Source: Chloroflexota bacterium
Lineage (GTDB): Bacteria; Chloroflexota; Anaerolineae; UBA2200; JACIWT01
DNA length: 64,000 nt
NCBI GenBank assembly: GCA_014360825.1
Contig: JACIWT010000006.1
Location: 47,165 to 111,164, forward strand
Direction: 5' to 3'
The translations under genes were made by a program, and so were the position numbers. This document shows, piece by piece, positions 50,064 to 60,117 of the stretch (positions are counted from its first letter, which is position 1; each line of letters starts with the position of its first letter). The notes beneath the pieces were generated by a model. The model was not told the origin of the DNA, did not search any database, and saw only the letters and a program-made list of their open reading frames with translations.

Positions 50064-50777
50064 TCAAGGCAACCGCTGCCGCACCCAACGTCGCCACCCC
50101 TTTTGCCTCAGCGGTGGCACCTCCGCGATCACCCGCAACCCCAACGCCTCGACTTCGCCCACACCACGAACGCTCTCGTCTAAGTAATCCATGGTGAAAG
50201 CCAATACCAAACCTGCAACCAATCCCAGAAACAGACGGACGGGCAAATCCAACTTCTGTCGCAATCCCATGCCCACTTTGTTCACCATCGGCGGATCAAT
50301 CAGACTGGCAACAACACCCTCTGTCCCCAATTGAGCAAAATGCCGTTGCGCTTCAGACGGCAGGATAGCGGCGGCCGCTTCGGCTATTTTCAACAGCGTT
50401 TCTGGATCACTACCGGAGACATTCACTGTTAAGACGCGGTGCAACTTACCTGCGTAGGTGGAAGCCTGAATCGAGCCAGGAGTGATATTCCCACCCATCT
50501 GTGTGCTCACCGCTTCAGCGAAGGCTCGGCTTTTGACCAGTTCTGCCAGATCATCTACTAAGTACTCAGCAGTCAACCAAGTATAGTATTTATCATAATG
50601 GTAGTTGTCGCCTGTGCGCGGTTCAGGCTCGACGCCAACCAAGAAACGCATGGAGGCCGAATACGTCGGGGTTATTTGTGGGCGCAGGAGCACACTGGCT
50701 ACTAGGACCACAATGAAAAGCAGAACAATAACCCAGAGTCGCCTGTAAACAATGCGTGCATATTCTCTAAGTTCCAC
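50064..50777 (-). CDS. Second polysaccharide co-polymerase (Wzz-like) paralog
   Basis: Same architecture as its neighbour and the same MELREY N-terminus, with TM segments LWVIVLLFIVVLVASVLL and LFLGLVAGLVLAFTM. Confidence 0.65.
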   Translation of the reverse strand: MELREYARIVYRRLWVIVLLFIVVLVASVLLRPQITPTYSASMRFLVGVEPEPRTGDNYHYDKYYTWLTAEYLVDDLAELVKSRAFAEAVSTQMGGNITPGSIQASTYAGKLHRVLTVNVSGSDPETLLKIAEAAAAILPSEAQRHFAQLGTEGVVASLIDPPMVNKVGMGLRQKLDLPVRLFLGLVAGLVLAFTMDYLDESVRGVGEVEALGLRVIAEVPPLRQKGWRRWVRQRLP

Positions 50778-51897
50778 TTGTATATCCTCCTCGCGCTATA
50801 GGCGACACACAGCGAGCGGCATAGCGCGATTCCACGAATTCTCGAAAACGCTGTTGGAAAACACTCACATCGAAATTCTCAGCATTGCGACGGATCTCGA
50901 TGGGGTTGTAGCGCGTCTCATCAAATGAAGCCACCGCTTCTGCCAGTGCATCGGCGGTTTGGGGATAAAAGAACGTGCCAGTCACCCCCGACTGGACTGT
51001 CTCCAGCGCACCACCCCCAGCGTAGGCGATCACTGGCCGTCCAGCCGCCTGGGCTTCCAACGGCGCGATTCCGAAATCTTCTTCACCTGGGAAGATGAAA
51101 GCGCGACAGCGAGCCAAGTATTCGCTTGTTTCTCGGTCGCTGACCCTACCTAGGAAACGGATGTTGGGCTGCGCTATACGCTCTAATGCGGCACGATCAC
51201 GCCCATCACCGATGACCACCAGGGGCAAGCCAAGACGATTGAATGCCTCCACGGCTAGATCAATCCTCTTGTAGGGCACCAGCCGGGAAATGATCAGAAA
51301 GTAGTCTCCCCGCTCTTCAGAAGGTTTGAAACGCGCCGTCTCAACAGGTGGGTAAATAACTTGTGAGGGCCGGCGATAGTACTTTGCAATTCGTCGTGCC
51401 ACCTCCTCGGAGATGGCAACAAACTCATCCACCCGGTCAGCGGCAAGACGGTCCCACTGACGTAATCCCCGCAACACAAACGGTAATAACAGTTTCAACG
51501 CCCTCGCGATGCCCTCTCGCTGCACGTAATTCTCGTAATCCCACAAAAAACGCGCTGGTGTCAGGCAATAGCAGATATGCAATGACTGAGGGGTGGTGAC
51601 CACACCATGAGCGAAAGCACTGGTAACGCTGAGGATGAGATCGTACGCGCTCAGATCGAAGGCTTCGAATGCCAGGGGATAGAGTGGCAGGAAAAGGCGG
51701 TGATACCGATGGATGAATGGGAAGTGATCCAGTGCTGAGACGTGTATCTCCCACGAACGATAGGATTCCGGCAACGCGTCGGGCCAGAAGATAGAGGTAT
51801 AGATTGGAGCATCAGGATATAGAGACTTTATTGCTTCCAACACCCTCTCTGCGCCACCATATTGATTCAGCCATGAGCAGACAATCGCTACGCGCAT
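50767..51897 (-). CDS. Glycosyltransferase family 4 (GT-B fold)
   Basis: MRVAIVCSWLNQYGGAERV..., with a C-terminal EEDFGIAPLEAQAAGRPVIA (the EX7E-type motif). Confidence 0.8.
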   Translation of the reverse strand: MRVAIVCSWLNQYGGAERVLEAIKSLYPDAPIYTSIFWPDALPESYRSWEIHVSALDHFPFIHRYHRLFLPLYPLAFEAFDLSAYDLILSVTSAFAHGVVTTPQSLHICYCLTPARFLWDYENYVQREGIARALKLLLPFVLRGLRQWDRLAADRVDEFVAISEEVARRIAKYYRRPSQVIYPPVETARFKPSEERGDYFLIISRLVPYKRIDLAVEAFNRLGLPLVVIGDGRDRAALERIAQPNIRFLGRVSDRETSEYLARCRAFIFPGEEDFGIAPLEAQAAGRPVIAYAGGGALETVQSGVTGTFFYPQTADALAEAVASFDETRYNPIEIRRNAENFDVSVFQQRFREFVESRYAARCVSPIARGGYTSGT

Positions 51898-51972
51898 GTA
51901 TCACTTATGTACCTCATAGAAACTACTCTACTATAAATTAGTGCTTTCGCCAAAAGGAAAAGCCTCAAGGAT

Positions 51973-53349
51973 TCATTTGCCCACGCAAAAATCGGAGAAA
52001 ATGCTCTCCAGTAGGTCTTCCGTTACAGTCTGGCCAGTTATCTCGCCTAGGGCGTTGATAGCCGCTCGCAAGTCAATGGTCACAAAGTCAGCAGCCAATC
52101 CGCGTCGGTGTGAATTTAGCGCTGCACGTACCCCGGCCAGTGCCCGGCTCAATGCTTCTTTGTGTCTGGTGTTGCCCACCACCAGCCCTTCTGCTGGCAG
52201 AACCCGCCCAGCAAAAATCAGATCCAGGATTGCGTCCTCCAACACAGAAAGGCCCTCGCCAGTCAACGCGGAAATGTGCACTCGCCGCAACCCTGGCAGA
52301 AACTCGGTGGGGACAGCGATTTGCGGCAGATCCATCTTGTTGACGACCAAGAGAGCAGCTCGGTTCCCCACCGCGCTGGCAATCTCCCAGTCGCTATCTC
52401 TCAGCGGTTCGCTGCCATCTACCACCAAAAGAATCAAATCTGCCTCTTCCAAAGCACGGCGGCTACGCTCGACCCCTAATTGCTCCACCAATCCCCTGAC
52501 ATCCCCGATGCCTGCGGTATCAATCAGCCAGAGGGGGACACCCCGCAGGTTCATCGTTTCTTCCACTGTATCCCGCGTGGTGCCTGGAATAGGCGTCACG
52601 ATGGCGCGGTCCGCACGCAAGAGTGCATTGAGCAGGCTGGACTTGCCCACGTTCGGGCGACCCACTATCACCGTGCGTACCCCCTGGCGATAGAGGATGC
52701 CTTGGTTGGCGTCTGCCACGCCCTGCTCTAGCATCTCCACCGCCGCGATCAGCACGGGCTCAATGTCAAAAGGTTCGATCTCATCCTCTGGGAAATCCAC
52801 TGTAGCCTCGAGGTAAGCCAATGCTTTCATAAGATTGGCCCGGATCGCTTGCACTTGACGGGAAAATCGGCCCTCGAGTTGATGGACTGCCAGGTGTAGA
52901 CTAGTGGCGGTTTTCGCTCGCACGATATCGAGCACTGCCTCGGCTTGGGCTAGGTCAATGCGCCCATTCAGGAAAGCCCGCAGGGTGAACTCGCCAGGTT
53001 CCGCCAATCGGGCCCCGCCACGTAATACGAGTTCTAAGATGCGACGCAAAGCCACGATGCCGCCATGCCCATTGATTTCTACGATGTCCTGGCGAGTATA
53101 CGTGCGGGGGGCCCGCATCAGGGTCACAAGCACCTCATCCACAACTTCGCGCTTTTCTGGGTCTATAATGTAACCGTAAGAGAGGCGATGGGAAACGGGC
53201 ACGGAATCACCGTTACCGCGGGCAGGTCGGAAGAGGGGAGCTACAATTGGCCAGGCATCGGGACCACTCAGGCGCACGATCCCGATACCGCCTTCGCCTA
53301 GTGGCGTGGATATGGCCGCAATCGTGTCTTCCAGATTATACGTAGACAT
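51973..53349 (-). CDS. mnmE: tRNA modification GTPase MnmE
   Basis: DTIAAISTPLGEGGIGIVRLSG...GRPNVGKSSLLNAL...DTAGI...NKMDL, ending in a C-terminal FCVGK. I place the start at ATG 53349; the track ORF extends to 53397. Confidence 0.93.
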   Translation of the reverse strand: MSTYNLEDTIAAISTPLGEGGIGIVRLSGPDAWPIVAPLFRPARGNGDSVPVSHRLSYGYIIDPEKREVVDEVLVTLMRAPRTYTRQDIVEINGHGGIVALRRILELVLRGGARLAEPGEFTLRAFLNGRIDLAQAEAVLDIVRAKTATSLHLAVHQLEGRFSRQVQAIRANLMKALAYLEATVDFPEDEIEPFDIEPVLIAAVEMLEQGVADANQGILYRQGVRTVIVGRPNVGKSSLLNALLRADRAIVTPIPGTTRDTVEETMNLRGVPLWLIDTAGIGDVRGLVEQLGVERSRRALEEADLILLVVDGSEPLRDSDWEIASAVGNRAALLVVNKMDLPQIAVPTEFLPGLRRVHISALTGEGLSVLEDAILDLIFAGRVLPAEGLVVGNTRHKEALSRALAGVRAALNSHRRGLAADFVTIDLRAAINALGEITGQTVTEDLLESIFSDFCVGK

Positions 53350-53393
53350 ATGCCAAAAACCTTGGCAAGATAGCCGTGTCAAGTTTGGGGTTA

Positions 53394-54773
53394 TCAAGAT
53401 TCGTCTGGAGGGTCAGTTGGCTGTTCACCAGGAACAGGCTGCCATTTGGGTACTGTCTCGATCCTCGCTGTAGAGCCATAGCGCACATTGACAACTGCCC
53501 AGAGCAGCACAACCGTCGCAATAAGCAGAATTACGGGAGGAATGCCAACACGGTCCGCCATGTTGCCAATGAAGAGCATAGGCGGGAGTGAGGCTGCACT
53601 GGTAGTCAAGAATTGCACGGCGATGACGCGGCCACGAAGTCTCGGCGGAGTGGATTCTTGCAGCGCAGTCTGCGCAGAGATCGCTGCCACCGTCATTGCG
53701 CTTCCCAGAAGTACAGAGAAGAGGGTGATTTGTTTGATGGTCGTCCCTGTAATAGGACCTAGCGCTGGACGTCCAGGCATTCCCCGCCCCCATACTACTA
53801 GTGCCAATGCTAGTATGGCCATACCACCGACGGCAAAACCCCCGTGGATCAACTTCTCTCTTGCGACGTGATGACCAAAACGACCCAAAAGAAAAGTGGA
53901 TAACAGCATTCCTATCCCCGCTGGCAGGAAGATGTAGAGGGCATCGGATGGGGCCCTGCCTAACACGCGAGCGGCAAAACCTGGAGCTAAGGAGGCAACG
54001 CTTATCACCAAGAAGGAAACCAGGCCCAAGTGAGCGATAGCAATCCGCACCCGGGGTTGGGTTCTAATGAACGTCCAGCCCTCGCTTAGATCGCTCAGGA
54101 TGCGATTCAGAGCAGTACGTTGATCTAGGTATTGCTCACGCCGTATTTCCCGAACCTGAATAAAAGCGATGAGCGTAGCAGTAATGAGATAACTGAGCGC
54201 GATAACCGCAAATGCGAAATCTACACCGCCCAGTTTCACCAGAAATGGGGCAAATAGGAGCATCCCAAACAACTGGGTGGTGGTAAAAAGCATATGGAAC
54301 AGGGAATTCGCCATCAACAGGTAACGCCTTTCGACTAATAGGGAGGCAGTTGCCGATTCGGCGGGGTCCGACAACTGGCCAATAGTTGAAGCCACGAAAG
54401 TCAGGCCATACAGAGCCAGCATAAGCGGACCTCCAACAAGGGCGTGGCGAATTGGAATAAAGGAAGCGATCAATATAACGCGCGAAAAGGCGCAGGCGAG
54501 AAGAATAGTCTTCTTGGAAAAACGGTCAATTAGCACACCCGAAATGGTACTGAAGAGAAGGGGTGGCAAACTAAACGCCACGATCATTAGACTCATCTGA
54601 GTGCTGGAAGCCGTGATTTCCTCGATCAGCACCATTTGCACGAAGTACGTTGCGTTTTGAGCCGTTTGAGAGAATATCTGCGAAATCCACAACAAAGCGA
54701 AACTGCGATTGTGCAGAAGGACCTCAAAGCCGCGCTCTCTTGGTTCGTCTTTTCCCTTGTTATGTACAATCAT
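53394..54773 (-). CDS. MFS transporter
   Basis: 12-TM profile, including [13 protein letters not shown]... and [10 protein letters not shown] (MFS motif-A-like). I place the start at ATG 54773, which overlaps the DUF951 stop (ATGA). Confidence 0.8.
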   Translation of the reverse strand: MIVHNKGKDEPRERGFEVLLHNRSFALLWISQIFSQTAQNATYFVQMVLIEEITASSTQMSLMIVAFSLPPLLFSTISGVLIDRFSKKTILLACAFSRVILIASFIPIRHALVGGPLMLALYGLTFVASTIGQLSDPAESATASLLVERRYLLMANSLFHMLFTTTQLFGMLLFAPFLVKLGGVDFAFAVIALSYLITATLIAFIQVREIRREQYLDQRTALNRILSDLSEGWTFIRTQPRVRIAIAHLGLVSFLVISVASLAPGFAARVLGRAPSDALYIFLPAGIGMLLSTFLLGRFGHHVAREKLIHGGFAVGGMAILALALVVWGRGMPGRPALGPITGTTIKQITLFSVLLGSAMTVAAISAQTALQESTPPRLRGRVIAVQFLTTSAASLPPMLFIGNMADRVGIPPVILLIATVVLLWAVVNVRYGSTARIETVPKWQPVPGEQPTDPPDES

Positions 54774-54967
54774 TCCGTCGCTGCTTGTGAGACCATGGTC
54801 TTCAGCCGCCGCTCGAAGTTCCGGCGAGTCAGGAGCACGCGGCGACCACAGGTTAGACATTTGAGGCCAATGTCCGCGCCTACACGCACTACGCGCCACT
54901 CATATCCACCACATGGATGTGGCTTTCGCAGGCGCACGATATCATTCACATTGACTTCAACTACCAT
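54770..54967 (-). CDS. DUF951-family small protein
   Basis: [56 protein letters not shown]. The size and the CGG...CxxCGR pattern match DUF951. Confidence 0.6.
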   Translation of the reverse strand: MVVEVNVNDIVRLRKPHPCGGYEWRVVRVGADIGLKCLTCGRRVLLTRRNFERRLKTMVSQAATE

Positions 54968-55089
54968 CTCGCTTCCCTTTCTGCAACTCAGGATTATAGC
55001 GCAGATCAGCGGCTCGGGCAAAGATTTCTCAGCCGTCCAGAATTGTAGTATAATTGTGCGGTAGAAAAAGCAGCCCAAAGGAGAACAAT

Positions 55090-55734
55090 TTGAGTCTGTT
55101 TCATTTTGCTGGTATTGGCTTGGGCCTTCTTATTGCCATTACAGTCCATGAGTTTCTTCACGCTTGGATGGCGAATTATCTCGGCGACCCCACACCAAGG
55201 TACTTGGGGCGGGTGTCTCTGAACCCTATTGTGCATCTCGACCCTCTGGGCACGATGATGATGGTCTTCACTGCGATAACCGGTTTTGGGCTTGGTTGGG
55301 GCAAACCTGTTCCTGTGAATCCCTACAATCTCCGGCCCAACCGGCGGACAGGCATGGCGCTGGTGGCACTTTCCGGACCACTGGCCAACCTCATCACGGC
55401 TTCGGCACTCGCCATCCCCATCCGTTTGAGTATGACTATGCCCACCGCGCTTGGCCTGATCCTCTATCTGGTCGTTTTCACAAATATTGGCATCGCGGTA
55501 TTCAATTTGATCCCCCTACCACCGTTGGATGGCTACAGCGTCCTGCAGGGCATCTTAGCCAGTATTCGTGCTCCCTGGGCCTATGCCTGGGCTAGCACTC
55601 TCAGCGATTTAGAAAGCCGTGGCCCAATGCTCCTGCTTTTGCTTATCATGGTGGACCAGCTATTACCAGTGGGCCTCTTTCGAACATTTATGAGCCCCAT
55701 AGTGGGGTTCTTTGCGCGTCTTATCCTTGGATAA
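55090..55734 (+). CDS. Site-2 protease family (peptidase M50) membrane metalloprotease
   Basis: HEFLHAWMA (HExxH) in TM1 and [10 protein letters not shown] (NxxPxxxLDG). I place the start at TTG 55090 (AAGGAG 6 nt upstream); the track ORF starts at 55054. Confidence 0.75.
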   Translation: MSLFHFAGIGLGLLIAITVHEFLHAWMANYLGDPTPRYLGRVSLNPIVHLDPLGTMMMVFTAITGFGLGWGKPVPVNPYNLRPNRRTGMALVALSGPLANLITASALAIPIRLSMTMPTALGLILYLVVFTNIGIAVFNLIPLPPLDGYSVLQGILASIRAPWAYAWASTLSDLESRGPMLLLLLIMVDQLLPVGLFRTFMSPIVGFFARLILG

Positions 55735-56269
55735 GGTATTGGCGGGGTTGGCTTTTCTACATCGCGTTCGGCGGTTCTTTGAGAATTTGCGTACCAGCCG
55801 AAAACTTGTGGATGACCCACGGATTGATCGCTACCTGAGCCCTGCTGAACGGACCCTTTTCACAGGGATGCCCGTTCCTGATCAACATCATGCTTTGAAA
55901 GTGCTTTCTGTGTTGGAACGCGCAGGACATCAAGAAATGGCGCTTGCGCGTGCGGCTTTGTTACACGATATAGGAAAGACGAGGGCGGGGATTCGCCTCT
56001 GGCATCGGGTACTAGTTGTACTGCTGCAATCTTTCGCCCCGGGTATATTAATGTGGCTGGCTGGCGATGGGCGTCCAGGTTGGCGCTATCCCTGGTTTGC
56101 TCTTGTGCATCATGCCGCCCGTGGAGCAGCACTGCTCGAAGGAACCGGCAGCGATCCCGAAACCATATTTCTGGTCCGAGAGCATCAAACGCCCCTTGCT
56201 CAGGTAAACGCACAGCCTGAAGCCAAAGCACTTCTGGTTGCCCTGCAAGCGGCAGATGGAACAAATTGA
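55712..56269 (+). CDS. HD-domain protein (putative phosphohydrolase)
   Basis: DQHHALKV...AALLHDIGK...HHAARGAALL. The start is uncertain: the TTG at 55712 overlaps the previous gene by 23 nt. Confidence 0.6.
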   Translation: MRVLSLDKVLAGLAFLHRVRRFFENLRTSRKLVDDPRIDRYLSPAERTLFTGMPVPDQHHALKVLSVLERAGHQEMALARAALLHDIGKTRAGIRLWHRVLVVLLQSFAPGILMWLAGDGRPGWRYPWFALVHHAARGAALLEGTGSDPETIFLVREHQTPLAQVNAQPEAKALLVALQAADGTN

Positions 56270-56312
56270 GTTAGTCGCCGATAATTCGGCAACTGTGTAG
56301 GAGACAGAAAAT

Positions 56313-57266
56313 ATGGCACCTTTCCGCATCGCGATTGTAGGTTTAGGAGCAATCGGCACTTCTATTGGTCTGGCACTCAAGCAAGCGAGCACAGACATCG
56401 AGATCATCGGGCATGACAAGGATCATACCAGGGCAGGGGCAGCTGCAAAGCGCGGCGCCGTGAACCGTGCCGATTGGAATCTGATCAGTGCTTGTGAGGA
56501 TGCTGAGGTAATCATTTTGGCAATGCCCGTGTCGGGCATTGCCGATACACTAAAGGCGCTTGCCCCCTATCTCACAGAGCGCAACATTGTCACGGACACG
56601 GCATCGGTGAAATCGCCGGTGATGGCTTGGGCAGCAGAACACTTGCCACCTGCAGTCTCATTTGTAGGCGGAAACCCCATCATACGGCGGGTCGCCCATG
56701 GCCAAGAGGACGCCGACCCAAATTTGTTTGTGAACGCCGTATACTGCCTCACGCCCGCTCCATCTGCCACACCCCAGGCCTTGGAGACCGTGGCAGACTT
56801 GGTAACAGCACTGGGCGCAAAGCCATATTTCTTGGACGCAGCCGAACACGATGGCCTCATTGCCGCTGTAGGATATTTACCTTTCATTCTCGCGGCTATA
56901 CTGATGCTCCGAGTCGAGACCAGTGCAAGCCATCGCGAATTGATTCGACTGAGCGGAGTGGCTTTCGAGAGCGCGATCGATGCACTGGGCGGCGACATCA
57001 GTGAAAAGCGAGATCTTTGCCTGTTGGGCAAGAGCAATATTGCTCGTTGGCTAGATGCCTACATGGAATCGTTGCGAGATTTCCGCGAATTGCTTGACCG
57101 AGCGGACGGAGAGGCTCTTGAAACCACTTTCAAAACAGCCTCTGAGGCGCGCCAGAAATGGCTAACAGGTAGCGATGAAGGTGGTATTGCTACAGATTAC
57201 AGTGAGTTCAGTCTGAGGCAAATGCTCCTGGGTAGTGCTTTTCGCCCTCCAAAGTCAAGGAAGTAA
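56313..57266 (+). CDS. Prephenate/arogenate dehydrogenase family protein
   Basis: Rossmann motif IAIVGLGAIGTSIGLAL...IIGHDKD...VIILAMPV...VTDTASVK...FVGGNP. Confidence 0.7.
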   Translation: MAPFRIAIVGLGAIGTSIGLALKQASTDIEIIGHDKDHTRAGAAAKRGAVNRADWNLISACEDAEVIILAMPVSGIADTLKALAPYLTERNIVTDTASVKSPVMAWAAEHLPPAVSFVGGNPIIRRVAHGQEDADPNLFVNAVYCLTPAPSATPQALETVADLVTALGAKPYFLDAAEHDGLIAAVGYLPFILAAILMLRVETSASHRELIRLSGVAFESAIDALGGDISEKRDLCLLGKSNIARWLDAYMESLRDFRELLDRADGEALETTFKTASEARQKWLTGSDEGGIATDYSEFSLRQMLLGSAFRPPKSRK

Positions 57267-57271
57267 AACCT

Positions 57272-58510
57272 TTGACGCGTCAAGGACGAGTAGATCCAGC
57301 ATTGGAGAAAGGAACACCCACACCCGGCACCTATCATATTCTTATGATTGCACCCACCTCGTTCTTCGCCGACTATGGGTGCCACGTGCGCATCCTGGAA
57401 GAAATCCTGGTGCTCCAGAAAATGGGCAACCGCATCACTCTCTGCACCTACCACAATGGCCAAGACGTAGATGGGCTGGACATTCGGCGCACAGCCAGCA
57501 TTCCCTGGCGAAAACATTATGAAGTGGGGTCTTCACGGCATAAAATCGCCTTCGATGGGCTATTGGGGCTGACAACGCTAGCCACCGCCCTGCGCACTCA
57601 CCCGGATATCATACATGCTCACTTGCATGAGGGAGCATTAATTGGTTTCCCCATCAGCCGGTTGCGTGGCGTCCCGCTCGTTTTTGATTTCCAGGGCAGT
57701 CTAACAGGCGAGATGATTGATCACCGCTTCCTCAATCCCAATGGGGCATTTTATCGGCCTATGCGCCGGTTGGAGGAGTGGATTGATCATCTTCCCGACG
57801 CCATTCTGACCAGTTCACAGCACGCCACAAATCTGCTAATCAGCGAGTTCAATTGTACTCCAGAAAACATCTCCATCATACCCGATTGCGTGAATCCTGA
57901 TACTTTCACCCCGCAACAAAGTCCGAAGCGATTGCAGGTTCTGCGTGCAGCATGGTCTATCCCAACGCACCGCAAAACCGTAGTGTATCTCGGACTGTTG
58001 GCCCATTACCAAGGCACTGATCTGCTGTTAGAAGCAGCAGCAATACTACGACGCGAGCGAGATGATGTGCATTTTCTGATCATGGGCTATCCGGCGGTGG
58101 ATCAATACCAGGCTAAGGCAAGGCGGCTGGGCTTAGACAGCCACGTCACTTTCACGGGCAAGATACCCTACAGCGAAGCGCCGCAGTACCTGGCCTTGGG
58201 CGACGTAGCAGTAGCCCCGAAAATGTCGGCCACCGAAGGAAGCGGCAAGATTTTGAACTACATGGCTATGGCATTGCCCACAGTGGCCTTCGACGTGCCA
58301 GTCAGTCGGGAGTATTTGGCTGACTTGGGACTGTACGCCCAACCGGGTGACGCCGCTTCTCTGGCCGAGCGCATCTGCTACGCCTTGGATCATGAAGAGG
58401 AAGCCAAGGAGATAGGGTGTAGGCTTCGCCAGCGAGCCATCGAGCACTACTCCTGGGATCGGGCTGGCAAAGAGATCATGGAAATATATCATCTGGTCAG
58501 AGCACGCTGA
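57272..58510 (+). CDS. Glycosyltransferase family 4
   Basis: ILMIAPTSFF..., with a C-terminal VAVAPKMSATEGSGKILNYMAMALPTVA (EX7E-like). The TTG start is preceded by AAGGAAG with an 8-nt spacer. Confidence 0.8.
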   Translation: MTRQGRVDPALEKGTPTPGTYHILMIAPTSFFADYGCHVRILEEILVLQKMGNRITLCTYHNGQDVDGLDIRRTASIPWRKHYEVGSSRHKIAFDGLLGLTTLATALRTHPDIIHAHLHEGALIGFPISRLRGVPLVFDFQGSLTGEMIDHRFLNPNGAFYRPMRRLEEWIDHLPDAILTSSQHATNLLISEFNCTPENISIIPDCVNPDTFTPQQSPKRLQVLRAAWSIPTHRKTVVYLGLLAHYQGTDLLLEAAAILRRERDDVHFLIMGYPAVDQYQAKARRLGLDSHVTFTGKIPYSEAPQYLALGDVAVAPKMSATEGSGKILNYMAMALPTVAFDVPVSREYLADLGLYAQPGDAASLAERICYALDHEEEAKEIGCRLRQRAIEHYSWDRAGKEIMEIYHLVRAR

Positions 58511-58546
58511 AAGACCTCCATCAATAGACCCGCGAAAGAGGAAAAG

Positions 58547-59566
58547 TTGTCACGGCGTGCGGGTAGTGGGGCGAAACTGATGGCACTGATATTGGGATTC
58601 ACATTGTTAAATATGCCCCTCTCCATTTCAAAACCAAAGGGCGCTCACGGCAGGGCTTTTGCGCCTATTTCGCCGACAGGGACGGTGTCCCCCACCGCGA
58701 CTGTGACTCACACGCCCACCGTCACAGCTACGCCATCCTTTACTCCTACCGCGACAGGCAGTGTAACAGAGACACCAATTCCGAGCAGGACGCCAAGCGG
58801 GACGAGCACGCTTCCGGCATCACCCACCGCTACCCATTCGCCCACCCAAACCGCCACGCCATCTTTCACTCCCACCGCGACGGCCAATGGGACCAAGATT
58901 CTAACCCCGAGCATAACGCCCAGTGCGACGAACACGCCTTCTCCGTCCTCCACGACGTGTACCGGCACGAGCACGCCAACCTCATCACCGACACCTGATA
59001 GCAGTGCATCGGCTACAGTGCAACCCACGAGGTCCCAGACACCGACCGTCTCTGCAACTCCTTCGGTCACCGTCCAAACAACACCAACGCCTACGTGTCC
59101 GCCAGTTCTCATTAGCCATGCTGACTATGTAGATTTCGGGAGTGCCTGGGTGGGCAGCGAAGTAACTAGGGTCGTGGCGTTAAGTTTAATCTGGGAAGGT
59201 GGCACTAGTGCCCCACCAGGCTGCCCTGAATTCCACATACTCGCGATGTCCATCAGTGGTGACAATAGTTTCCTCTTCTCCAATATGCCCGTGCTACCCC
59301 TGCCCCTACCCTGGGGCTCATCGGTGCTCATTTCCATCACTTTTCACCCCCGGGAAGTGCGCACGTTAGAAGGGGTGCTGGCTCTGCAGACCGATCTCAT
59401 CAGTGCTCCAAGCACCTCTATCTCGTTACGCGGCCGGGGTATGGCGCGTGTGCATCTACCCATCTTGTTCCGATACGCACACGCAGTGTCTTTTCAACCT
59501 ACTACAAGGAGGAACCGTGATACATCCTACGGCGGAGGTCTCGCCAGAAGCGCAAATTGGCCCTGA
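58547..59566 (+). CDS. Secreted Thr/Pro-rich repeat protein with a C-terminal beta-sandwich-like domain
   Basis: A signal-like N-terminus ([19 protein letters not shown]) is followed by about 150 aa of T/P/S-rich linker containing a 42-aa tandem unit ([11 protein letters not shown]...), then a domain ending ...ISLRGRG. The 3' end overlaps the next gene by 50 nt. Confidence 0.55.
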   Translation: MSRRAGSGAKLMALILGFTLLNMPLSISKPKGAHGRAFAPISPTGTVSPTATVTHTPTVTATPSFTPTATGSVTETPIPSRTPSGTSTLPASPTATHSPTQTATPSFTPTATANGTKILTPSITPSATNTPSPSSTTCTGTSTPTSSPTPDSSASATVQPTRSQTPTVSATPSVTVQTTPTPTCPPVLISHADYVDFGSAWVGSEVTRVVALSLIWEGGTSAPPGCPEFHILAMSISGDNSFLFSNMPVLPLPLPWGSSVLISITFHPREVRTLEGVLALQTDLISAPSTSISLRGRGMARVHLPILFRYAHAVSFQPTTRRNRDTSYGGGLARSANWP

Positions 59567-60092
59567 CACCAAAATTTGGAACCAAGCACAAGTGCGGGAG
59601 AGGGCTCGGATTGGGGCCAATTGCATCATCGGCAAAGATGTGTATATTGATGCCGGCGTAGTTATTGGCGACAAGGTAAAAATTCAAAACAGTGTCTCTA
59701 TCTACCACGGGGTAAGTATCGAAGACGGTGTGTTCATCGGCCCACATGCTTGCTTGCTTAATGACAGGTTGCCCCGGGCCATTACGCCAGAAGGCAGGTT
59801 GAAAACAGAGTCCGATTGGACCGTAACCCCGACGACGGTGCATTATGGGGCCTCTATTGGCGCAGGCGCCATTATCCTACCGGGTATTCACATCGGACGT
59901 TTTGCTATGGTCGGCGCTGGCGCTGTCGTTACTAAGGATGTCCCAGAGCGCGGTTTAGTGATAGGCAACCCTGCCCGGCTGGTGGGCTACGTTTGTGATT
60001 GCGGCGCTCGGCTCCAGAAAATGAGGGCTAAGCGAGATGCTCTGAGCATGCAGTGTCCAATCTGTGGTCGGGAATACGACGTAGTACCTTGA
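59517..60092 (+). CDS. Left-handed beta-helix (hexapeptide) sugar N-acetyltransferase-like protein with a C-terminal Cys4 tail
   Basis: [62 protein letters not shown] (hexapeptide repeats). I place the start at GTG 59517 (AAGGAGG 4 nt upstream); the track ORF starts at 59403. Confidence 0.8.
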   Translation: MIHPTAEVSPEAQIGPDTKIWNQAQVRERARIGANCIIGKDVYIDAGVVIGDKVKIQNSVSIYHGVSIEDGVFIGPHACLLNDRLPRAITPEGRLKTESDWTVTPTTVHYGASIGAGAIILPGIHIGRFAMVGAGAVVTKDVPERGLVIGNPARLVGYVCDCGARLQKMRAKRDALSMQCPICGREYDVVP

Positions 60093-60117
60093 AAAGACAA
60101 CGACGAGGAACGCAAAC

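Noticed and set aside
51941-52693. 250-aa ORF on the plus strand antisense to mnmE. Similar long antisense ORFs occur at 14121-14825, 17640-18317, 1020-1601 and 28364-28948.
   Set aside because: All of these lie fully inside strongly supported genes on the opposite strand. They have Arg/Ser/Pro-rich, non-protein-like translations and no ribosome-binding sites.
58690-59110. Repetitive DNA that could be mistaken for a CRISPR-like or satellite array.
   Set aside because: The repeats are in frame inside a continuous ORF and encode a Thr/Pro-rich linker with a 42-aa unit. There is no repeat-spacer regularity and no cas genes are present.
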